Shown: positions 47,710 to 61,274 of the stretch, piece after piece
Layout of the letters: each line of letters opens with the position of its first letter
Position numbering within the stretch: position 1 is the stretch's first letter
Assembly: GCA_964016885.1 (NCBI GenBank)
Contig: OZ024758.1
Span: 39,804,001-39,868,000, forward strand
Length of the DNA stretch: 64,000 nt
Direction of reading: 5' to 3'
From: Eledone cirrhosa
Lineage: Eukaryota
Program-made: the position numbers and the translations under genes
The notes under the pieces: generated by a model
What the model saw: the letters and a program-made list of their open reading frames with translations, nothing else
Told to the model about the DNA's origin: nothing
Databases searched by the model: none

Positions 47710-49115
47710 ATAAGTGACAGGCATGGAAAGACTGGAAAAATAAGGGTATCAGACAAGGACCAGGTAGTTAAGAGAGAAGCTAGAAGACAGGTATACATAA
47801 CACAGAGAGAGGCTGAAAAAAGAAAGTTTGCCAACGTCTTGAGACATGAGAATCAGAGGTGTGAAGTGTTCCACGTTGCAAGACAGGGAAAGGTGTGTTA
47901 AAAATGACACTGGTACACTTAGCACCACTGATGCTAAAATGAAAGAGGCCTGGAAATGTTACTATGAGAGATTGATGAATGTAGAGAATAAATTAAGAAT
48001 CAATCTTAGACTTTTGTTTTATGTTCATTGTTCAACACACATACACATATAATTAACATTCTCTTTGGAATTACTGATGAAACTTGTTAGTGACACAACT
48101 ACAAAAGAGGTTCCTAGCCAAGATTAAGCTGCAATATTTAGCTTTTATAGATGTAGAAAAGGCCTTTGGCAGAGTACCTTACTCTGTTATCTGGTGGTCC
48201 TTCAGAAATTTAGGTGAAGAATGGCTTGTGAGAGCAGTGCAAGCCATATACAGAGGAGCTGTCAGTAAAGTGAGAGTAGGAAGGGAGTTTAGTGAAGAAT
48301 TCAATGTACAGGTTGGTGTTCATCATGGTTCAGTTCACAACCCACTGCTGTTCATCATAGATCTCCAGGCCATAACCAATGGGTTTAAGACTGGCGCTGT
48401 TCATGGGAAACAGTCTATGTGAATGATCTGGTCCTTATAGCTGACTCCATAAAAGAACTAGAGAATAAGTGACCCTACTGCATATGTAGAAAAGGAGTGG
48501 GCATAAATTGTACACAATGATAGCTTCCCCTATCTAGGTAACCTAATTAGCAGTAGAGGAGGGTGCTTCATAAGAGAGGATAGGATTGAAGTTTAGAGAG
48601 CTACTTCCACTGTTGGCAAATAAAGTTTCTCCCTACGTACAAAAATGTTGGCTGTACAATGCCTGTGTGTAAAGTGCAATACTGCATGGAAGTGACACAT
48701 GGGCAGTAACTAAAGAAGACATGCATAAGCTGGAGAGAAATGAAGCAACCATGCTTCGTTGGATGTGCAACGTAAATGTGAGAGGAAGGCAGAGCTTGGA
48801 TAAAATGAGGAAGAAATTGGACATCAGAGGAAACCGAAGTGGTGTGCAAGAGAGAAGACTGCTTAGGTAGGGATATGTGATATCCATGGATGGTGATCAC
48901 AGGTTAAAGAATTGCCACGGAATACCAGAAGAGGGAAGCCATACTAGAGGTAGACCAAGGAAGACCAGGGTAGATGTGGTGAGAGCTGATCTCAAATTGC
49001 TGAGACTCACAGAGGAGATAAAGAAGGAACAAGCGAGTGGGGAGATGTTCTGCTTAAAAGAACCCATCCAACCCATGCCAGGATTGAAAAACGGACGTGA
49101 AACTATGATGATGAT
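47710..49115 (+). mobile_element. Degenerate RTE LINE fragments
   Basis: AFIDVEKAF, GVHHGS, GRPRKT, (GAT)n tail. Confidence 0.85.
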
Positions 49116-49177
49116 GTAGATGAAGTAAACTAATTCTAAACAGATTTCGACTAAAACGAACAAAGCTTCCCTGAAAC

Positions 49178-49498
49178 AACAAGGTACAGCTAAATATAAA
49201 CTATATTTTATAATGTAAAGTAGTGAACCACATAATTAAATAGACGGAGGTAACTTAAATAATAAAAATATCTTTAATTTACTTAAAGCAATAACAAGGT
49301 ACAGCTAAATATAAACTAGATTTTATAATGTAAAGTAGTGAACCACATAATTAAATAGACGGAGGTAATTTAGATAATAAAGATATCTTTAATTTACTTA
49401 AAGCAATAACAAGGTACAGCTAAATATAAAATATATTTTATAATGTAAGGTAGTGAACAAGATAATTAAATAGACGGAGGTATTTTAAATAATAAAGA
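49178..49498. repeat. 115-bp tandem repeat (~2.8 units)
   Basis: AAGGTACAGCTAAATATAAA at 49181, 49296 and 49411. Confidence 0.92.
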
Positions 49499-49836
49499 CA
49501 GTCATGATAATATATTTTATATCACATGTAACAGTGGAATCGGTTAATTACTGGATCGTTGAAGAGTTCACGTAATTCTATAATTTACACACATTAATAT
49601 AGACATTAAGTAAATCTTTGTCAACTGTACATGGCTTGCACTGCTCTCACAAGCCATTCTTCTACACCTAAAAGCGGAAGAGGAGGCGCTCCATTTGTGT
49701 CAGATTTGGGCCGGGACAATATTTCCCAATTCCACTTAATTCCATTAAATATTCAATCTTGGTCGAAATAAATATTTTCATCGGTGACGATCTGTACAAC
49801 CAATAATAGTAGGAGTCACGTTACATGATATATATA

Positions 49837-49912
49837 CAGGGTGTCCCTAAAATATGTATACACATTTACATAGACTGTAGTTGAAGTGTGTATACATTTT
49901 AGAGAGACCCTG
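49837..49912. mobile_element. Tc1/mariner-type mini-MITE
   Basis: TA-CAGGGTGTCCCTAAAA...TTTTAGAGAGACCCTG-TA. Confidence 0.75.
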
Positions 49913-52087
49913 TATATATTTTATATATACATATATATGTTAAAAGATGATTGATATATATATCTACACACAAATGTATATTTATATATATATATATAAA
50001 TATATATAAATATATGTATATATATATATAAAGATATATATACTCTTACGTGTATACGTCTGAAAATGTATATATGTATGTAAACACATACCTAAAAATG
50101 CATGTATACATATAGATGGACAGTTATACATATACAATAACTTATTTCTATACATATACCACAAGGCATGGAGCTGCCAACTAACCAGATCTCCCTCATA
50201 ATGGACCAGCTAGATCCCAAAATACAGGCCTGCTAGCCAACACACAGTCCCAATAAATGTAAGTTACAGTGCAGCTATCTGGACAGACTTAAGACTACAC
50301 ATTATCCTACTACATCTTTTGTATACTATATATATACTGTATATATACTGTTTATATATATAATTATACATATAATTGTGTATTCACACATTATCTTAGT
50401 AATGAAATAATAATTTTAGTAAATTGTTCAAAATTCTTCATTAACCCTTTTCGTAGAAACCCAGCCAAAATAGGTTCTCCTTCTATGGAAATGGTTCCTA
50501 TCTAAATTAAAGTCTTCCAACGAAATTCTATATAACAACCATATGTTAAGTTACTATGTTAGTAATTAACTAACAATTGTGATAAATAGCCCAAATTATT
50601 CATAATTATTTGAAATACAAGGTTCATAATTATAATAAAATCTTCGAATAGGCTACGAAGCCGGTAAACCTTAAAGGTACGCAACACACACGTCGCTATA
50701 GCGTTTCACCAGGCAATTCCTTCCTCAATCATTACATAGATGTGTGTGTATGTACTAAATATTTTGTATTGTGTGTCTATTTATGAATATGTATGTGTAG
50801 ATGTGTGTGTGTGTAACACAGTAGATGTGTGTGTGTGTAACCCAGTAGATGTGTGTGTATGTCACTCAGCAGATGTGTGTGTATGTAACTCAGCAGATGT
50901 GCGTGTATGTAACACAGTAGATGTGTGTGTGTGTGTAACACAGTATATGTATGTGTATGTAACACACTAGATGTGTGTGTATATATAACACAGTAGATGT
51001 GTATGTAACACAGTAGATGTGTGTATATGTAACACAGTTGATGTGTATATATAACACAGATGTGTATGTAACACAGTAGATGTGTATATATAACACAGTA
51101 GATGTGTATATATAACACAGTAGATGTGTGTGTATGTAACACAGTAGATCTGTGTGTATGTAACACAGTACATGTGTGTATGTAACACAGTAGATGTGTG
51201 TATGTAACACAGTAGATGTGTATGTAACTAAAGTGTAACGTACGTTACGAATGGACAACTAAAAGATTTTAACTTGTTTTTTAACAATTGATGGTGGAAA
51301 AAAATTTAAATTGTCTCAATTCAGACCATAAAGGGCCGCAACACACGGTGTTTGACACACTTACCGGCCACATAGCCTCGGAGTCTATTTTACTGAGACC
51401 GGCTACATATCTTCTTCCTAAAATCTTCCAACATAATTTTATTCAAGAACCACATATTAAGTTACTAATAAAATAATTAATAATTAAAAACTTCAGTAAA
51501 TCCTTCAAATGATATCTCAGTAATGAAATAATTAATAATTGTTATAAATACCTCAAAATTCCTCATTAATTAAACCCAAGACAGGTAAAAACTCCAGAGT
51601 CTTTCAATCGGACATGAAACAAATTAATTTCTAATGGAAGAAGTAAAGATTTTAAAGTCAGCCAAGGGAGATCACTCTCAGCGACTTATTGTAATTCTTG
51701 TTCCTGAATTAATCCGGATGAAAATATTCTGGTGTATTTTGTGTGGAGGAAACCGGATTTAGGCGGTGATAGCACGCAATACATGAACGTATGGTTCGTG
51801 AGTTCGAATCCCATACCGGGTGGTCTGTACGTCGGGGCCTTGAACAAGACACTTTATTTCTCATTGTTTTATTTCACCCAGCTGGCAAAAATAATAAGTT
51901 GTAATAATTATAGTGGAAATGTTGTTACATAGAATTGTCACACTGAATCTCCCTGAGAAGAATGTCAACGGTATACGTGTCAATGAAATACTCAGACACA
52001 TTATAATATAAGATGGGTTCTACATGTATTTCAAAGGGAAGCCATGCCATACGTCTTGCTGAATCTCCCTGAGAACTACGTATATAC

Positions 52088-52843
52088 TAGTGACTATCAG
52101 ACATAGTGTATCTAGGATTACATTATCTAATGTACAGTACAGTAGTTAGTATTAGTGGCTATAAGACATAGTATATCTAGGACTACATTATCTAATGTAC
52201 AGTATAGAAATTAGTATTAATGGCTATCAGACATAGTGTACCTAGGACTACATTATCTAATGTACAGTATAGTGTCTATCAGACATAGTGTACCTAGGAC
52301 TACATTATCTAATGTACAGTATAGTGTCTATCAGACATAGTGTACCTAGGACTACATTATCTAATGTACAGTATAGTGGCTATCAGACATAGTGTACCTC
52401 GGACTACATTATCTAATGTACAGTATAGTGGCTATCAGACATAGTGTATCTAGGACTACATTATCTAATGTACAGTATAGTGTCTATCAGACATAGTGTA
52501 TCTAGGATTACATTATCTAATGTACAGTATAGTAGCTATTAGACATAGTGTACCTAGGACTACATTATCTAATGTACAGTATAGTGGCTACCAGACATAG
52601 TGTATCTAGGACTACATTGTCTAATGTACAGTATAGTGGCTATCAGACATAGTGTATCTAGGACTACATTATATAATGTACAGTATAGTGGCTATCAGAC
52701 ATAGTGTACCTAGGACTACATTGTCTAATGTACAGTATAGTGGCTATCAGACATAGTGTACCTAGGACTACATTATATAATGTACAGTATAATGGCTATC
52801 AGACATAGTGTACCTAGGACTACATTATCTAATGTACTATATA
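52088..52843. repeat. 52-bp minisatellite (~14 units)
   Basis: Paralog of 22664-23887. Confidence 0.95.
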
Positions 52844-53488
52844 GCAGTTAGTAATTGTGGCTATCATTATTATAGACTTCAAGTCGGTAGAGGGTCAGAC
52901 GCCATGCTTTCCAGCATAGTTACGTACCTTTACGATCTGAGTTCAAATCCCGCCGAGGTTGACTTTGTCTTTCATCCTTAGGGGGTCGATAAAATAAAGT
53001 ACCAGTAATGCACTGGGTAATTGCTGGTCTTGTGCCTAAAGTAGAAACAATTATTATAGACTTCAAGTAAATCTTTGTCAACTTACCTCCTTCACATATA
53101 ATCAATGTGTTGTGTTGTTAGTTGTTACTAAACAACCAAAGAAATAATCTCTTTGTTATCAAATTAAAAGTTTCAAAGATGTTATCAGCTTTATTTCACG
53201 ACATTAACGTTGGCGTATCTTCTTCATCTTTAGTCATGAATTGATATCTTGTCAGAATGAAGTAGTGAGGATGACTTTATGTCTTTAGCTACAGATTTGA
53301 TAGGAAATATATATATATTAGGTTGATATGTGGTCTAAAATATATATATTGTCTATAAATGACTGATAGCAGATGTTCTGGTGAAATAGTAGTTTTACTA
53401 CTACAGATTGTAATGGAACTCTTAGTAGACACAATTGTAAAGTAAGAATAGATATGACAGTGTAAGACTGATGTCGGGGAAATAAACT

Positions 53489-53567
<79 letters not shown>

Positions 53568-54688
53568 GTTACACAAGATATAATTAGATTAATTAAAGTT
53601 ATAATTGTTTCTACTTTAGGCACAAGGCCAGCAATTATCCAGTGCATTACTGGTACTTTATTTTATCGACCCCGTAAGGATGAAAGGCAAAGTCAACCTC
53701 GGCAGGATTTGAACTCAGATCGTAAAGGGACGTAACTATGCTGGAAAGCATGGCGTCCGACCCTCTACCGATACTGCCAATTCACCGCAATGAAGGCAGC
53801 AGGTACTCGGTGTCGTTGTGCATGTTTCAACTCTCTTCCCGGTGTCATACGTTAAAAGTCCCTGATATAATTTAATACCTTCAGACACAGTTCCAATCGT
53901 TTTTAGTTTATTGTAAATCAGAAAGTATCACTCAATAAAATATCAATTATATATCAATAAGAAAACCTCTAGGTAGTCTCACTGACTGCTAGAAATAGCA
54001 GCGATATTACCCATTACAACTGCTCTCTCTCTCTCTATATATATATATATACACACATATATGTACGTATGTATGTATATGTGTATATATGTGTATGAAT
54101 GAGTGTGTATGTGTGTATATGTGTACATAGGGTTTTGGTATATGTACGTTTGGTGAACATATGTGTATTTACCTGTAGGTATGTGTGAGTGTGCGTTCTA
54201 TACGCATTTATGCGTGTATATTTATATATGTATTTATAATTATATGTATATATACACACACAAACATATATTTATATGTGTATTTGGTGCATACAATCGT
54301 ATGTGTGCGGGTATATGTGTTGCGCCGGTTTACGTCCGTGCGCGCCTGTTTATGTGTACGCATATGTATATGCATGCATGCCGTGAGTTTTCGCATATGC
54401 TCGTGTATAAATGTGTGTATGTATATATTTAATTATTATTACTTTTATGATTTTAATAACATCTGTCATTTTCGTTCAACTAATTTATTTACATTATTCT
54501 GGACTCCGAAGCCGAGCATCATTCAGTTTCCTTAATAGAATATTAGTCTACGACTCCATTTACACCATAAAGGTGGTTTTGTCTTTACGTGTAATTGTTG
54601 TCACCGCTCCACATAACGACGTATTATCTTCTTTTTCCCGTTCATTGCCAGGGAACGTCTTCACGAATCAAAGCATAAATTATTTTCA

Positions 54689-57600
54689 CGAGCTGACGTA
54701 CCCAGCTTCGCCCGGGTAAACAGATGATAAAAGAAAAGGTCCCTATTTACTCCCTTCACAACTCTGTATGTTAGACTGACAGACAGGCACACAGACAGAT
54801 AAACTGCGTGGCGATTGTGGAACGCCGCACGTATACACACATACACGCACACAAACTTACACACGCACCCGTGCACTTACACACACGCACACACTCACAC
54901 ATGTTGATAGTTTTTACTTTCTGTGGAACGCTGCACGCACGCACACATACATAAACATACGCGCACGTACATACACACGCACACATGTTAATAGTTATTG
55001 CTTTACTCCCCCTCTTATTTCCACACACATCACACACACACACGTCTCTACACTGACACATATACATAGTGTATCCAACACAGCGTTCACTTTGCCTCTC
55101 TCTCGCCTCTCACTCTCTCATTGGCATTATACATATTAATTTAAGTTTGGCGTCGTTGAGGTGGGCGGAGTCGTTAGAAACCTATGAACCAATGATAATC
55201 GAGAATTATGACACACGGAATATTGGCATTGTTGAAATTAATATATAGACTAGCTGACGTACCCAGCTTCGCCCGGGTAAACAGATGATAAGAGAAGACA
55301 GGTAAAAGAGAAAATGTCTGTATTGGATGTTTGTCTGGTTACAGTGTGAGGCGAGTCCGTGTTGTCTGTGTGATACAAAAAAACTGTAAAAGAAATCTTC
55401 CAGATATACCAGATTCTTCGTTGTCCGGTTTGTGCATAGTATATGAACAATTCTAGGTGCTCCCACCTAGAATAGTGACCTCTAGGAGATGGTTCCTCTT
55501 CGGCCTGACTGGAAAACGTGTATCATTGCATAGACGTGGTTGTTCCACGTTTCTCAAAAGGATGATGGAAGTTCCAATCTGTTATATTATATGTAGATAT
55601 AGATATAGATAATTAATAAAAAAGATGTCCGTCAATGTAAAGAAGGTCCCTATTTACTTGAAATGGTTTATACAAATGCCAAATTAATATGGATATGGAT
55701 AACCTGCTTATCTATAAGTGGTCAGCTATAATAATAAACCAACAAATTATATGACACAAACATTTATTCAGTAATTTCCAGGCTCTTAGCCACTGAGTAA
55801 TAGACAGTCAATATTGCCCAGAGTTCAACTCGGGGAGGTGGCCTGGTTTGAACTCAAAATGGCGGATCCTTCTACTTCGAAAATAGAATGGTTTTTCAAT
55901 ATTACTCTAGCCCTGGCCGGCCAGAGGCACCAAACTTTTTGCCAGACTCAGCATATGATGAGGTTTTATTACCACTGCAATCAGAAGCGATAAATTTGAA
56001 GGCAATTTCTACCAATACTTGTTGGTTTTTATTGCTCATTATCGACAATAAATGACATTGAACATAAATGATAACTCTGCCAAAGCTCACAATACAGATG
56101 AAAGGAAACCAATGTCCGAATCATATACGTCGCTTATTGATAGCTTTAAAGATATGCATACATCAGCTCAAAGCTTCATTATAGACAATATTTAGGTTTG
56201 TTCCTCTGTTAGTGGTATCAATTGCAAATTTTATACCATCAGGATCGCACACTCGAGATGCAGCAACATACAGTTGTCCATGGCTGGATCATTCAAGTAG
56301 ACACCGACTCGCTTGAAAGTCTGTCCCTGTGCCTTGTTGACAGTCATGGAGAAGGCCAAATTGACGGGAAACTGTCTCCTTTGCCAAATAAATGGCAGCA
56401 GATCTTCACTTGGTCTCAGCATGATCCTCGGAATGAGAACCGATGCCTCTCTGCCTGGGAGTTTAGCTTCTAAAACTCTTCCGTTAATCAATCTCTCAAC
56501 AATCAATCTGGTACCATTGCAAAGACCCATTTTATGATTGATATTTCTAAGCAATATAATCGGCAAACCCTTTTTCAACCTCAAAATATGTGGGGGAAAT
56601 CCGGGTATTTGAAGTGAATTCAGATACTCAGTCAGAACATCCATACTGTTCTGCTGATTAGGCTCCATTGCATCCGCACTGACGGTCAACCATTCCTCTC
56701 CAGAAAACATTCCGGCTACTTGTGAATTTATTTCATCGACCGTTGCATTCGTATGAGTTAGAATAACACGTTCCGATATTCAGGAGATATTCTGCCAAAA
56801 AGCATTCAAATTAGGGAACACCCAGTCAATCAAGCCTTGGCGGTCCAGTGGCATGACCAAATGGTCTGGGATTTATACAGTCTGATTATCACCAGCGTGT
56901 GGCAATTCATCGTTTCCCAACTGCATCAACCATCGGCCGTATGTCTCAGCCTCTTCGTTTTGCCCGAACATAGGAAGTCGCATATTATCGTGTAATCGCA
57001 AAACTCTGAAATGGCGCCACAACGGGGACTTTTTCAGACATGCATCGACAATTTGCGCTCTTTGAGCATTCCTAACAATTGGTAGCACCTGTCTGAAATC
57101 GCCACCAAGAACGATAGTCTTACCACTGAATGGCAGGTCACTACCGCAGATATCTCTCAAAGTGCTGTCCAATGCCTCCAGCAAATATCTGTGTGCCATT
57201 GGAGCCTCGTCCCAAATAATCAGAGACGTATTGCGTATAAGGCCCGCGAGTTCACTTTGTCCTGTAATATTACAGACACTCAACTCATCTGGAGCCAATG
57301 GAGCCTTGAAGCATGAGTGGAAGGTCCTTCCACCACTCAGCAAAGTGGCAGCGATGCCCCTGGTGGGCACAGGGAGAGCAATCTTCATCTGAGCTCTGAC
57401 TGCGGATAACATAGTGTTGAAACAGAATGTCTTTCCGGTGCCTCCTGGAACATCTATGAAAGCACAAAGCTGCTCATTAGTGGAAATCGAGTGGAGAGCG
57501 CCATCGACCAATTCTCTGTGAGATTGGGTCAACATTGGCATACGTTCATCCACAATACGTTGCTGTTCCAGTGGATCAAACTGGAATAGTTCCCTCCGAT

Positions 57601-60600
57601 CGAGTGGCAACCGTCTAAGCTGCAATCTCATGTTCAATGCTAAGACACGTTGCCGCATTTCTTCATCAGGAATTGGCAAATTGAAATCTGTTAAACATTT
57701 CAAATGAACTTCGAGCAGTTGCTCAATATTGAGCAAAACAATAGCCTTCATCAAATGTTCATCATAGACCTGAAGATGATGCCTAAAATCATCAGCCATA
57801 ATTCCCCAATGGCGTTCAAATAACTCTCTTGGATCGGCAGGTTTGCAGAATCCTAGAATCGTGACAAACAACTGCCTTATTCGAGCTGGCATCTGTGTTG
57901 TTCCTGCAGCTTCCATGGCGTTATTCCATTCAGCGTCATCCTGAAGGAGTCCCACATGCTGACACACAGCCTGGTATCTTTTATATTCCACGCCATTGAT
58001 TGTTTTCAAATCAGCGAAGCTCTGTTTACCTCTCGAAAAATCACTATGCAACAGAATTCGGAGATAAAACACATCACCAGATGCTGGATGGACATTACAA
58101 ACCCGTCCAATAGTCATGAATCTCAACTTTTGTTTTCTATCATTCCATTTCTTTCCCTTCTTATCCCACGTATAGTGCGAAGGGAAATCGCAGTAGAGTT
58201 GCTTTTGATCCGGGTTCAAAGCATGTTCCCTATTATGCTTGAACCACTCAGTCAATTCCGTCTTAGGAGGTGGTGCGTTAGCAATTCTTTCGGCACCTCT
58301 TCTAGTGTCCTTAAAACAGACCATTTGCCTATTCTCTAAGTGAACCGTCAGTTTCTGAACGCTGGGTTTGCGTTCATTGAGATCAAAATCGAAAATCTCC
58401 AGCAAGCTTCGCTAGATCCAATCGAGCGAACATCCTGGAACCTGCCAACTTCATCTCCTTGGTTCGCTTCCTCATTCCTGACATTCATCATTGCCCCATC
58501 ATGACCTTTGTAAACATATTTGAATAGATATTTGCAAGCTTTCACTGAGCTACAAATTTCCACATTAATATGACAACGATATTTCATAATCAAATATGGA
58601 TTGTATGGCACAACCCATTGATTTGTAACCTGTCGACCGTTTACATTTTCGACCAGACCGCCATCGGCAGGCGACCGTCTTCTGTATGAGGGATGAGCAT
58701 CCCCATCATTCCAGGAAGTGTTCGTGACAAAAGATTTCGGAAAGTGCTTACTGCATTGGCCATTTTTCATGCAAGGCGCTTTCCGATTTGCCACTCCGCA
58801 TTGGTTGTGCACCATTGACTTTGCCACCAAGTTGCATAGTGCCTCATTCTCCGGCAGTTCAGCACACACAATGCTGTCGACATCCTCAGCACATCACAAT
58901 TTGCAATCTCTATGTAAAATGATCAGCAAATGTGCATGTGGCAATCCTCTTTTTTGGAATTCAATTACGTATGTAAAAGCAACTATACCTCCAAAGATTC
59001 CCTCTTTTTCCACATCATCCATTATCTTTTTTAGATATCCTTTGAATACTCTTGCCACAATATCAGGACGGTCCTTTAGCTGTTGTCCTGTCAAAAGTGC
59101 ATCCTTAATATCAGTCCATTCAGGATTGCATGTAACCGTTATAAACAAATCTGGCTTTCCAAACTTTCTGACAATAGCCATTGCATCCTGATAGCGAATG
59201 TTCATATATCTCGGGCCGCCGATGAACGACGATGGCAAAATGATGCGTCGACCAATTTGCTTGTAATTGGCATCATCGGCTGTTATCGCATCCTGTATAT
59301 TATTATACAATTCAGCTCTGATATGTTGCTGATGTGTAGCTATATAATTTAGCCTTTGATTTTCGATCTTTGCGTATGCCATACAACAGTATTCCTGGAA
59401 CAATCTGCTGGCTTGAAATAGCGCATTTCTCTGTTGATTCCTCTCGTTCAAATGGAACGCGTAAAAGTCGCAAATCGAATTATTGTGTCTATTGCCACCT
59501 CCCTGTTGATGCTGATTCTCATGATCATCTAAATGAACAGACATGTTCCATCCATTTTCACCTTTTGGGAATAAAAGAACATAATGCAATGGATGGTATG
59601 TCCTATTTGACTCATTGATAGTTTTGAGACCACCATCTCTGCGATTGAGGGCGATATCTCTCGATCCAGGCTTATCGTCCATCAACACAGCAACTTCACG
59701 AAATCCTTCAGGGGCATTATATCGCCGTTCGTGTTGATTCCTTGGCACTGCGTCAGCCTTAATCACCAATGTTTGTTGCTGAACATTCTGCAGTTCAGCC
59801 ACCAACATGAAATCCATAACATAAGGATTACACTGTCTAAGCCATGATTGCAAATCATGGATCAAATCACTTAACCTTTGCCGTTCAAGTTCAGTTATAT
59901 TTCCCGGCAACTTCATCCAACCGATCCTGATATCCTCCTCCGATTCACTATAATCTGGATCGTTAACGTAAATTTGAGCGAATCAAGGCCTCTCTCCTGG
60001 GGTAACTTCTAAATTACCGATACAATGATACAAACGGCATTGAATGACGACATTCGGTTGCCATGCTCCACTCTCAAACATCTAACTCTCTGCGATGCTA
60101 AAGCTAATAAATTGTTAATTTGCCGCGAATATTTGCGCAGTAATCTACCTCGGTCTCATTGATCACCCCACATACTTAGTATTTTAAACTCCGGTGACTC
60201 CCCATCATCCGGCATTCGCAAAGGTTCTAGTTGAACTGCTCCTTTGTGACAGCACATTGTGGTCCACGTCTTTTCGTGCCACCAAAGCAATGCTCCACAA
60301 TGTGGAGACCCTGCTCGTCCACCAATCTGACAGTGACACGGTTGCCATGATCCATTTTTAATATCATTCGTTCGCCTTCTAGCCTCTTTACTGGAATGAG
60401 GAGCACTTTGCGACACATTCCCTGAACTTCTGTATTGCGCTGGCGCTGTTCAGCCAGCTCCTCTTCATCCATCGGAGCACGCCATTGCTGCTGAATTCTG
60501 GCCACCTGCTGATGATGCTCAGCCAGTTCGTTTTTCAACCATCGCAGCACTCCGTCGCCGCTGTAGTTCACTGTTTGATAAAGTCGAATTGCTTTTCTTA

Positions 60601-61086
60601 TCAGTATTCATTTGGAGCAATTGTAAAAAAAATGACACAATAATAAATATAAAAGATGTCCGTCAATGTAAAGAAAGGTCCCTATTTACTCCCTTCACAA
60701 CTCTGTGTATGACAGACAGGCACACAGACAGATAAACTGCGCGGCGATTGTGGAACGTCACACGCATACACGCATGGAAACGCGCACACGCACGCAAACT
60801 TACACACGCACACACTTACACATGTTGATAGTTTTTACTTTCTGTGGAACACTGCACGCACGCACACACACATAAACATACGCGCACATACATACACACG
60901 CATACATGTTAATAGTTATTGAACACAGCGTTCACACTCTCCCCTCTCACTCCCTCATTGGCATTATGCATATTAATTTCAGTTTGGCGTCGTTGGGGTG
61001 GGCGGAGTCCTTTGAAACCTATGAACCAATGATAATCGAGAATTGTGACACACGGAATACTGACGTTCTTCAAATTAATAAATAGA
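54689..61086 (-). mobile_element. Composite Helitron, copy 2
   Basis: Same termini as copy 1 and retains the 360-bp helicase segment. Confidence 0.9.
56192..60571 (-). pseudogene. Helitron RepHel, disrupted
   Basis: HUH/Y motifs plus GGTGKT, IIWDEAPM, GGDFRQVLP, LHDNMR. Stops shared with copy 1. Confidence 0.95.
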
Positions 61087-61274
61087 TATATATATATCAT
61101 CATCATCATCATCATCATCATCATTTTACGTCCGCTTTTCTCTGCTTGCAGGCCATGTGCCTTTTCCTATATATACATATATACTATATACATATACACA
61201 CATATACATATATATATGTATGTATGTATATATATGTATATATATATATATATATGTATCTATATATATATATA

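Noticed and set aside
49670-49795. Possible additional minus-strand exon (also ~24770-24846)
   Set aside because: An acceptor-like site is present, but there is no recognisable domain or convincing donor.
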